A stretch of 51,172 bases of DNA from Actinomycetes bacterium (GTDB lineage: Bacteria > Actinomycetota > CALGFH01). This document shows, piece by piece, positions 25,717 through 33,239 of the stretch. The stretch spans positions 1-51,172 of the forward strand of contig JBIOYL010000188.1 in assembly GCA_044870185.1 (NCBI GenBank). The letters run 5' to 3'. Both the position numbers and the translations under genes were made by a program. The notes under the pieces were generated by a model. The model was not told where the DNA came from. It did no database searches and saw only the letters and a list, made by a program, of their open reading frames with translations. Numbering within the stretch: the stretch's first letter is position 1; each line of letters begins with the position of its first letter.

Positions 25717-25957
25717 CGTACGCCCGTTTCAACCCGATCTTGACACGCCCCGAAGCGGCGTGCGCCCTCGTGAGGGGCACGCCGCTGATGGCCAGTCACA
25801 GCTTCGTGATCAGCAGCGCAGAGACGAGCAGCATCCCGCCGAGACAGGCAGCAGCAGCACCGCCCGGTCCACCGTTGCCCTACACCGCACCTTCGAGCTG
25901 GGTCTCGACAGGCGCCTCAACTACGACGCCGGTACCCAGCCGGGCTGACCTCACGGG

Positions 25958-27295
25958 TCAGAGTGCCCCGACGCGTGCGGCGAACTCGCGTACGCCGGGC
26001 AGCGTGACGCGGTTGTCGCGTGCCAGCAGCTCGCGGGTGAGCTCTTGTGCCCAGGGGCGGAAGCGAACTTCCTGCGGGGTGTCGCGTTCGGCGGCCTGCA
26101 AGGCTTGGAACGTCGCCTGCAGCCGGCCGCGCCCGTGCAGCGCCAGCGCGGTGTCCTCCCAGTAGCGTGCCCGGCGTTCCGGGGAGACGATCCGGGCCGG
26201 GTCGACCAGGCGGGCGTAGTCCACGGCCGTGCCGTAGTCACCCAGCACCCGCGAGACGCTGATCTTGTAGACGGCCAGTTCCAGCATGTTGAACGGAGTG
26301 CCTTTGGCCGCGCCGACACGGCAGGCGGCGTCTTCGGCTTCGGCGAGCAGCGTCCAGGCGGTGTCACGGTCGTCGCGCATCGCCGCGGTGTACGACGCGG
26401 CAGCGAGGATCTGCCCGTAGAGGGAGCTGGTGGCTGCGTCCGGCAGGCCCGTGTGCGCTTCGAGCTGGCGGGCGGTGTCGAGCATGAGCCGCTGCGCACC
26501 ATCACGGTGATGGGTTCGCCGCATGACGGTCGCGGCCAGGCGCTGCGCCTCGGCCAGAACGATCGGGTCATCGCCACCCCGTGCGGCCTGCGCGGCGCGG
26601 TCGGCGGTTGCCCAGGCCATCCCGTTGTCGTGCAGCTTGATCAGGAGCTGGGTAGCGACGTTATACGCCTGGGCCAGCCGCGCGGCGGCCAGCGACGCCT
26701 CGCTCGTGCCGGCGGTGTCGCGGCCTGCGATGGCCTGGGCGAGCAGCCGGGGCAGGCGGCGGGCGAGCTGGCTGTAGCGGGTGGCACGGAAGTCCGCCCG
26801 GGCGGCGGCGATCTGCGCCGCGAGCTGATTCCCCGGAATCGGCGCGACAGACAGGCGGCCGAACAGCACGTCCTCCACCGTGTCGGCCATCCCGGCTGAG
26901 GCGGCGGCCGGATCGAGGGAGAGCGTCGCGGCTCCCGTGACCGCGACCGCGGTCATCGCGATCAAGTCGCGTCGGCGCATATCGTCACCACCCTCATCGA
27001 CACCTGTGCTCAGGCTATCGGTGCCGCCCTCGAAGGTCGATCGCGACAGCCCGAACAGGTGCGCGGGGATAGCGAACAGCTCGGCCAGACGGCGTAGGTC
27101 TCTCACATCCCAGGTGCGCTTGGGGTTGGTTTCCATCCGGCTCAGCGTCGAGGCGGACACGGCCGCCAGACCGGCTGCCTCTTCCAGGGTGAACCCGGCG
27201 GCGATGCGGGCAACGCGCAGCACGGTGCCGTAGTCGCCGGTCTGCGCGGCTTTCGCGACGTTGGGCATCGCGGTCCACGTGGTGTCGGTGCTCAA
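25958..27295 (-). CDS. XRE-family HTH regulator with large helical (TPR-like) C-terminal domain
   Basis: LRVARIAAGFTLEEAAGLAAVSASTLSRMETN is a canonical HTH_XRE. TTG start after GGGAGGTG. Confidence 0.85.
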   Translation of the reverse strand: MSTDTTWTAMPNVAKAAQTGDYGTVLRVARIAAGFTLEEAAGLAAVSASTLSRMETNPKRTWDVRDLRRLAELFAIPAHLFGLSRSTFEGGTDSLSTGVDEGGDDMRRRDLIAMTAVAVTGAATLSLDPAAASAGMADTVEDVLFGRLSVAPIPGNQLAAQIAAARADFRATRYSQLARRLPRLLAQAIAGRDTAGTSEASLAAARLAQAYNVATQLLIKLHDNGMAWATADRAAQAARGGDDPIVLAEAQRLAATVMRRTHHRDGAQRLMLDTARQLEAHTGLPDAATSSLYGQILAAASYTAAMRDDRDTAWTLLAEAEDAACRVGAAKGTPFNMLELAVYKISVSRVLGDYGTAVDYARLVDPARIVSPERRARYWEDTALALHGRGRLQATFQALQAAERDTPQEVRFRPWAQELTRELLARDNRVTLPGVREFAARVGAL

Positions 27296-27452
27296 CGATC
27301 ACCTCCCCGCAGGCGAGGGTGCGGAGTTTGAGCGTGACCGATGTTTGCAGGTTGTGCAAGCGGGTTGCACTCTGCGTGGCCGCGTCTTCGCACCGGCCCG
27401 GCGGGCCGGTGTGCTGGATGCATCCATTCGTTGCCAGACAAGGAGACCGGCG

Positions 27453-28238
27453 ATGATGCACCTGTCCACATCGGATATCCCCGCGACCGTTACCGAGCTG
27501 ACCCGGGCAGGGCTGCTCCAGCTCGGCGAGGGCTGTCAGATCCACCCCACGGCCGTCTTTCTGCCTCGCGACCTGGTGGGCACGGTTCGCCCGATCGTGT
27601 TCGGCAACCGGGTGAGCGTTGGCGCGTTCGCGATCGTGCACGGCGGTGCCCACGCCGGCGACAACAGCCGTATCGGGCACCGGGTCACCGTGGGCGAGCC
27701 CGAGTACGGGTATGCGGTGCGGCAGGTCTACTCCGGCGCCGGAGCGCTCACCGAACTCGGCTCCGGCGTGATCGTGCGCGATGGCGCGACGGTCTACGCC
27801 GGGGTCGCGATCGGCGATGACACCACGGTCGGCCACAACACCCTGCTGCGCACCAACGCGAAGGTGGGCTCCGGTAGCCAGCTGGCGGCGAACCTGACCG
27901 TCGAGCGCGGCTGCGTCATCGGCAACGGCGTGCGCTGCTCGCCCGGCTCGCACCTGACCGCCGAGACCGTGGTGGAGGACCGCGCGTTCCTCGGTGCCGG
28001 CGTTCGCACGATCAACGACAAGCAGCTGATCTGGCGTGACCCGACCCAGGAGCCGCCGCTGCTGCCCCCGTCGTTCGCGTACGGGTGCAAGGTCGGCTCC
28101 GGGGCCGTCATCCTCGCCGGAGTCAACGTGGGCGAGTACGCCCTGGTGGGAGCCGGGTCGGTGGTCACCAAGGACGTGCGGTCCCGGGCGATCGTCTACG
28201 GCGTTCCCGCAGCACAGCATGGGGAGGTGGAACTGTGA
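27453..28238 (+). CDS. Left-handed beta-helix (hexapeptide-repeat) acyl/acetyltransferase
   Basis: Successive hexapeptide turns ([LIV]-G-x4): IGHRVTVG, LGSGVIVR, IGDDTTVG, VGSGSQLA, IGNGVRCS, VGSGAVIL. AAGGAGA SD. Confidence 0.85.
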   Translation: MMHLSTSDIPATVTELTRAGLLQLGEGCQIHPTAVFLPRDLVGTVRPIVFGNRVSVGAFAIVHGGAHAGDNSRIGHRVTVGEPEYGYAVRQVYSGAGALTELGSGVIVRDGATVYAGVAIGDDTTVGHNTLLRTNAKVGSGSQLAANLTVERGCVIGNGVRCSPGSHLTAETVVEDRAFLGAGVRTINDKQLIWRDPTQEPPLLPPSFAYGCKVGSGAVILAGVNVGEYALVGAGSVVTKDVRSRAIVYGVPAAQHGEVEL

Positions 28239-29449
28239 AGGCGCTGACGTGGCTGGAGCCGCTGCGCTCCAGCGTGCCCGAGCTGGACGACGCGGCCTGG
28301 CGGGCGCTGACGCGGCTGGCCGACACCCTCGGCACGCTGTGCGGCGCCGCGCCGCCGGCCACCGAACACGCAGCTCGGTCGCGGTGGCTGCTTGGGCTCC
28401 GCCGAGAGCTCGCCGCACGCGGCCACCACGCTCCGAGCGGTCCGGCCGGGCCGCTGTGGCAGACCTTGACCCAGTTCGTCGCCGGATTCCATGACCTCGA
28501 TCTGCGCGACGCAACGGGACCGGGACACGGCGCGATGGTGCTCACCGAAGGCACTGCCGAAGCCCGCAACCATTGGGGCGCAAGGCTTGCGGCCGGTGAG
28601 CTGGCCGGGATAGCAGCGACCGAGCGGCACGGCGGCTCGCGCATCCAGGAGATCACCACCCGGGCCAGCGTGCGCGGAGACGGCACATGGCGGATCACCG
28701 GCGAGAAGTGCTGGGTCTCTCGCCTGGTCGAGTCCAGCGGGTTCGTGGTGTTCTTCCGCGACCCGGACGGCCGGATCAGCGCCGCGATCGTCGATGCCCG
28801 GCAGGCCCGGCTGGAGCGGGAGGTGATCGAGCCGTTCGGGCTGGGTGGCTGGTCGTGGGGTGTGCTGCGCCTGCACGACCTGCCGATCGACCCGCTGGCG
28901 GATCTGGTCGGCCGTCCGGGTGGCGGGCTAGGGGTGTTCCGGCGGCACTTCGCCCGGTTCCGGCCGCTGGTGACCGCGACCGCGCTGGGCACCGCGGCCG
29001 GGGTGCACACGCTGGTCACCGATGCCCTGGCAGCGAAGAAGAGCGTCGGCATCCTGCCGCGGGTGCGCGACAACGCCCTGGTGACGCTGGGCCGCACCCA
29101 CGCGGAGCTCACCGCGGCGCTGCTGGCGGCGATCACCACCAGCCGCCTGGCCGCCCTCGGGCATCCGCACGCGGACTTCGCTGCCCGAGTCGGCAAGGCC
29201 GCCGGCGTGGACACCGCCGTCCGCACGGTGGCCGACCTCGCACCGCTGATCGGCGCGGTCGGGTTCCAGCGCGGCCACCCGGTGGCCAAGGCCCGCGCCG
29301 ATCTGACTGGGTTGCTGTACGCCGACGGCATCCACGACAGCCTCTACCGCTCCGGCGGCGTGAGCCTGCTGGCTGAACCGGCGCTGGCGCCGGTCGTGCC
29401 GATCCGGCCGGGGGTAACCACAGCGCTGCCGCTGGACAAGGCAGCATGA
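28235..29449 (+). CDS. Acyl-CoA dehydrogenase-fold flavoprotein (possibly not a dehydrogenase)
   Basis: GIAATERHGGSRIQEITTRA...DGTWRITGEKCWVS matches the ACAD middle domain. GTGA overlap with the transferase gene. The usual YEGT segment reads YADG. Confidence 0.8.
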   Translation: MKALTWLEPLRSSVPELDDAAWRALTRLADTLGTLCGAAPPATEHAARSRWLLGLRRELAARGHHAPSGPAGPLWQTLTQFVAGFHDLDLRDATGPGHGAMVLTEGTAEARNHWGARLAAGELAGIAATERHGGSRIQEITTRASVRGDGTWRITGEKCWVSRLVESSGFVVFFRDPDGRISAAIVDARQARLEREVIEPFGLGGWSWGVLRLHDLPIDPLADLVGRPGGGLGVFRRHFARFRPLVTATALGTAAGVHTLVTDALAAKKSVGILPRVRDNALVTLGRTHAELTAALLAAITTSRLAALGHPHADFAARVGKAAGVDTAVRTVADLAPLIGAVGFQRGHPVAKARADLTGLLYADGIHDSLYRSGGVSLLAEPALAPVVPIRPGVTTALPLDKAA

Positions 29450-29452
29450 ACG

Positions 29453-29494
29453 CCAACGGCGCGCCACCCTCAAGCTGGGGTGCCGCGCCGTTGG
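29453..29494. terminator. Long hairpin between convergent ACAD-fold and Nudix genes
   Basis: ccaacggcgcg / cgcgccgttgg 11-bp stem plus inner pairs. Confidence 0.5.
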
Positions 29495-29503
29495 ACAGTC
29501 TGG

Positions 29504-29983
29504 TCAGAAGGTGTGGAAGCCGTTCTCCAGCTCGTACACCACGCCGTTCTCCCTGGCGCGCATGGCGGCGATCACCCTGCGGGCCAGCAACTCTGACATC
29601 CGCTCGTTGATCTGCGCCTCGTCGCACCAATCCCAGCTGCGCAGCTCGTCCGGCGGCAGATGGATGTCGGCGGTGTCGCGCTCGGTCAGCGTCCCGCCGT
29701 CGTAGACAAACATCAGCCCTTCTGTCCGGCCAGGCCGGGGCGGTACCCAGTCCACCACCAGCAGCCGACCTGGCTGGATCGTCTTGCCGAGTTCTTCTTT
29801 CACCTCGCGGGCGGCGGCCTGGCGGGGCGACTCGTTCTCATCGACGCACCCGCCGATGATCTCCCAGTAGTCCTTGTAGACCGGCTCGGCGATCATCGCC
29901 CGCCCCGCGGCGTCAGTGAACAGCACAGCCGCGCCCATGCGCTTGCGGGGAAGCGTCGCGGTGTAGTCGCCGGAAGTGGTCAC
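29504..29983 (-). CDS. Nudix hydrolase
   Basis: Nudix box GGCVDENESPRQAAAREVKEELG. Confidence 0.9.
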   Translation of the reverse strand: MTTSGDYTATLPRKRMGAAVLFTDAAGRAMIAEPVYKDYWEIIGGCVDENESPRQAAAREVKEELGKTIQPGRLLVVDWVPPRPGRTEGLMFVYDGGTLTERDTADIHLPPDELRSWDWCDEAQINERMSELLARRVIAAMRARENGVVYELENGFHTF

Positions 29984-30090
29984 TCACGCAGGCTACCCGC
30001 GCCGCTGGCCGGTCACGCACATCTTCGCCGAGGCCGCGGCACGGATGGGCAGCCGCCGGCCCAGACCGCGCCGCAGCTCGGCGACGGCCG

Positions 30091-30480
30091 TCACCTCAGC
30101 GGCCCCGCAAGCGGGGTCCATTCGCCGAAGGTAACCTCACGCGCGACCAACGCCACTGTGGCATCGCCCCGGTAGAGGCGCATTGTCACCTCGGCGCTGG
30201 CCCGGTCGCACGCGTGTACCTCGGTGTGTTCCCGGTCAGCCCAGGTGTAGCGAAGGCCCCACTCGGTACCGGTCGCGTCCTCCCGCCAGGGGCCGATCTC
30301 GATGCGCCGGTGCACGAGCTCGGCGCCGACGTGCCCGAACATCTGTCGCGCGTCCGGGAGGCTGGCGAGGGCGCTGGCGCGGCTCGACTTCTGCTCCACC
30401 TCCATGTGCGGGGGCGCTCCAGCGAGGGTGATTCTGATCCCCCAGACGACCTTCACCTGCGACGTCGACTCCATGCTCAC
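30091..30480 (-). CDS. Hypothetical protein (~127 aa)
   Basis: The ATG at 30474 has a GAGGTG SD; the listed start at 30480 is a GTG. Confidence 0.55.
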   Translation of the reverse strand: MSMESTSQVKVVWGIRITLAGAPPHMEVEQKSSRASALASLPDARQMFGHVGAELVHRRIEIGPWREDATGTEWGLRYTWADREHTEVHACDRASAEVTMRLYRGDATVALVAREVTFGEWTPLAGPLR

Positions 30481-30583
30481 CTCGTTGTTGTGGTGGGTTG
30501 ATGCGGCGGTCGGGCCCGTGCCCGCCTGACCAAACTGGCGCAGTGGTGCGACACGGGCGGTTTCATGGCGCAGGACATGCGTG

Positions 30584-30613
30584 AGCCCGGCCTGCGACGG
30601 TGCAGGCCGGGCT
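30584..30613 (-). terminator. Perfect 12-bp stem-loop after the HTH gene
   Basis: agcccggcctgc-gacggt-gcaggccgggct, 35 nt after the stop at 30649. Confidence 0.45.
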
Positions 30614-30648
30614 CGTGGTCGTCTGGACGGCGGTTGCGTGGTGGCGGG

Positions 30649-31002
30649 TTACGCTGCCCTGCGCTGAAAATCGCTGCTGTACCGCAGCACGTCGGACAGC
30701 AGCAGCTTGCGGTTGCCGCCAGCGCCCTTGGTAGCGGCGAGGTGGCCCTTGTCGATGCGGTCGATCAGCGTGGGGACCGAGCAGCCGAGGACGTGGGCGG
30801 CCTCGCCGGTGGTGATCTCGCGGTCCCCGCCGTTCTCCCGCAGATACACCTCGATCAGTTCCTCGTCGATGGCCTTGCCACGGCCGACGCTCAGGCCCCG
30901 CCGGTAGTCCTGGTCGCCGGTGGCGTCGTAGGTGCGCGCGTCGCCGACCTGGACGTTGAAGCCGTCCTGGACGCCGCGCTGGTAGCTGGTGCTGCGTGCC
31001 AT
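30649..31002 (-). CDS. Excisionase/MerR-type (HTH_17-like) DNA-binding protein
   Basis: ITTGEAAHVLGCSVPTLIDRIDKGHLAATKGAGGNRKLLLSDVLRY. Confidence 0.65.
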   Translation of the reverse strand: MARSTSYQRGVQDGFNVQVGDARTYDATGDQDYRRGLSVGRGKAIDEELIEVYLRENGGDREITTGEAAHVLGCSVPTLIDRIDKGHLAATKGAGGNRKLLLSDVLRYSSDFQRRAA

Positions 31003-31021
31003 GTGCGGGGTTCTCCTTGTG

Positions 31022-31240
31022 CTAGGCGGGCGGGCCGATGACCATCTCGACGGCCTCCTCGGCGGTGTCGGCCCACACGCCGGTCTGGTCACGGTCGACC
31101 GGGCGGGCGTGCCAGCCACCGCGCTGCCGGTCTGCTACAACCTCCCAGTCGGAGTATCTGGGGTCGTTGACGGGCAGCAGGTACCCGGTGGCGGTCTTTC
31201 TGACCCGGGAATCCTTGGAGTAGTCCAATTTGGACGCCAC
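31022..31240 (-). CDS. Small hypothetical protein (72 aa)
   Basis: GTG start 6 nt after AGGGAGG. Confidence 0.55.
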   Translation of the reverse strand: MASKLDYSKDSRVRKTATGYLLPVNDPRYSDWEVVADRQRGGWHARPVDRDQTGVWADTAEEAVEMVIGPPA

Positions 31241-31406
31241 GTTGTGCCTCCCTTTGGGGATCGTTGTCCACGCAAGCAGATCGGCCGAGTAGGACTCACT
31301 GCTGCTTGCTGCTCCCCGGGCTGCGGCGGGTGGTGCTGGTACGGATGGGGGCTGGCTGTATTCAGCGTGTGGCCCACACCCCGGGGGAGGGTGCGGGCCA
31401 ACACGG

Positions 31407-32687
31407 TCAGTGGGCGGCGTCGACCAGTTCCTCCTGGGCGGGCAGGCCCAGCTGCTGCTTGACGTCGCGGATGCGCTGCTTGGCCCAGCCCTCAGAGGGC
31501 CGCCATTCCTGGTTGAGCGTGGCGGCGACGTGCTGGGCCACCCAGTCGCACACGACGGTGCTGGTGAGCCGGTCCTCGTTGCGCAGGGCGGTTTCGATCA
31601 TCTCGCGGGCGGGCCGGTCCATCGCCGCCGACAGGGTGCGCTGGTTCATGTTCAGTTCACCGGAGTCCACCATGGCGTCGCGGCGCTGCACCTGAGCCGG
31701 TGCCCCTGCGGCCACGACGGGAGCGGGGTCGTGTCGCACACCGTTGGCGTGGGTGAGCGGGGTGACCGGCACTGCGTTGAGCGGGGCGCCGTTGGCCGGG
31801 TGGTCGACGGCGACCGGGTGCCCGTTGCTCGCCGTGTGGGTGGACGCGAACGTGTCCGGCCGGATCAGGGCGCGGTTGGCTTCTGCCCGGGCCAGGCGCT
31901 CGACGATGAGCGCCTGCTGTTCCTCGACCACGCTGCTGGTGCGCTGGGACAGCTTGGCTGCACGGTGCTCCCTGAGCCACACGGTCCGGTGGTCCAGCGC
32001 GTCGCGCACGGTGGGCCGGGTGCCGGGAAGCGGCGGGTGGACGATCCAGGTGCGCCAGGCGAGGAAGGTGGACAGCGGGGCGAGGAACCACCGCAGCCCG
32101 AACCGGGGGTTCTTGGTCTTGAGCGCCAGTTCGTCGTCGTAGCCCGCCATGAACTGATCCAGCAGCTCATGGAACATCGCCATGCCAGCGAACGACAGGA
32201 ACGCCAGGTAGACACCGGCCCAGATCGAGTAGGTCTCCCGGCCGTGCACGAAGTTCAGCGTCGCGGACACCGTGGCTGCGGCGAACACGATCTTGTAGGC
32301 CCGGCCCGGGTGTCGGCCGCGCTTGACCGCGACGAACGCCCACGCTCCGAAGGAGACGCTGATGCCGTCGAGGCTCAGCGGCACCAGCATGTTGGTCCAG
32401 TGGTCCCACGCCATGACGTCGCGGGCGAACCCGGTCAGCCCGATGAACGACACGCCCATGACCGCCAGCCACACCAGCACCGAGGGGATGAGCGCGGCGA
32501 GGAACAGCGCGGTGTCCTTGGCCCGCTCCCGGCGGGTGGTCAGCTGCTCGGGATCGGCAGCACGGCGGCCGCGGCGCAGGCCGGCCGAGCGCGCCAGCGG
32601 GATGCCGATGAACAGGCTGATGGTCAGGACGCTGACGACAAGGACCAGCACCCATGTCGGAATCCAGGTTCCAAAAATCTGATCCAC
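31407..32687 (-). CDS. DUF2637-like polytopic membrane protein (Spd-like, typical of actinomycete integrative/conjugative elements)
   Basis: Four or five N-terminal TM segments including LVPLSLDGISVSFGAWAFVAV, then a long soluble tail. Confidence 0.6.
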   Translation of the reverse strand: MDQIFGTWIPTWVLVLVVSVLTISLFIGIPLARSAGLRRGRRAADPEQLTTRRERAKDTALFLAALIPSVLVWLAVMGVSFIGLTGFARDVMAWDHWTNMLVPLSLDGISVSFGAWAFVAVKRGRHPGRAYKIVFAAATVSATLNFVHGRETYSIWAGVYLAFLSFAGMAMFHELLDQFMAGYDDELALKTKNPRFGLRWFLAPLSTFLAWRTWIVHPPLPGTRPTVRDALDHRTVWLREHRAAKLSQRTSSVVEEQQALIVERLARAEANRALIRPDTFASTHTASNGHPVAVDHPANGAPLNAVPVTPLTHANGVRHDPAPVVAAGAPAQVQRRDAMVDSGELNMNQRTLSAAMDRPAREMIETALRNEDRLTSTVVCDWVAQHVAATLNQEWRPSEGWAKQRIRDVKQQLGLPAQEELVDAAH

Positions 32688-32692
32688 GATCG

Positions 32693-32992
32693 TCAGCCCT
32701 TCTTCGTGTCTCGTGTCGTGGCCTCGTCTGCTCGCTTTCGGTCTTTCCTGAGCTGCGCGTCGAGCTCATCGCGGTGCTTGACCGCGATGCGCCAGAAGGC
32801 AGCGACGATCTCGTGTTTCTTCACGTCCATCAGGCCCGCCGCGGGGTTCAGCGCGCGGGTGTGCAGCTCCACGTTGACCGCGGCGTCGAACTCGGCGGCG
32901 GCCTCGGTGCCGACGTAGAAGGTCTTGCGGCCGGCGCCGGTCTCGTCGGCAGCGCCGGGCTCGGCGGCGGAGCGGCTGGTCTTACGGGCCAC
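32693..32992 (-). CDS. Small basic protein (99 aa)
   Basis: GTG 8 nt after GAGGAG. Its stop lies 5 nt before the DUF2637 start. Confidence 0.5.
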   Translation of the reverse strand: MARKTSRSAAEPGAADETGAGRKTFYVGTEAAAEFDAAVNVELHTRALNPAAGLMDVKKHEIVAAFWRIAVKHRDELDAQLRKDRKRADEATTRDTKKG

Positions 32993-33050
32993 GGTCGGCA
33001 CTCCTCGCGTCAGGCCGCACGGCAGGCGGCAACCACCCGACGAGTGTATA

Positions 33051-33092
33051 ACATGTCCAACACGTGTGCAACGTTGGATGTGTTGGACATGT
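33051..33092. promoter_or_regulatory. 13-bp perfect inverted repeat with 16-bp spacer (operator candidate)
   Basis: acatgtccaacac ... gtgttggacatgt. The spacer contains the caacgttg palindrome. Lies in a low-GC gap 60-100 nt upstream of the 32992 start. Confidence 0.5.
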
Positions 33093-33239
33093 ATTACACG
33101 CCTGGGGCGTGAGCGTCGTGCGGGTGGGGCGAGGGTGGGCATGCGGCCTCCGTTCCGCATCGTGTCGTATCGGAGCCGTGAGACATGCCCGTTGGCTCCC
33201 GTTCGGGTTCCGGCGTGTCGGAGCGCCCCCTTGATCGGG

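Noticed and set aside
24728-25780. Upper part of the listed 447-aa ORF 24437..25780
   Set aside because: It is an out-of-frame shadow over the better 330-aa gene. Only the last 96 codons, starting at the GTGA overlap, look like protein.
27354-27370. GTGCAA-N5-TTGCAC inverted repeat in the XRE/transferase divergent region
   Set aside because: The arms are only 6 bp, which is easily chance in a 150-nt gap. Not reported as a feature.
27015-28514. 499-aa minus-strand ORF
   Set aside because: It is antisense to the hexapeptide transferase and ACAD-fold genes, and its composition is Arg/Ala/Gly junk.
31410-32918. 502-aa plus-strand ORF
   Set aside because: It is a shadow of the DUF2637-like gene, with no TM or domain logic and low-complexity translation.
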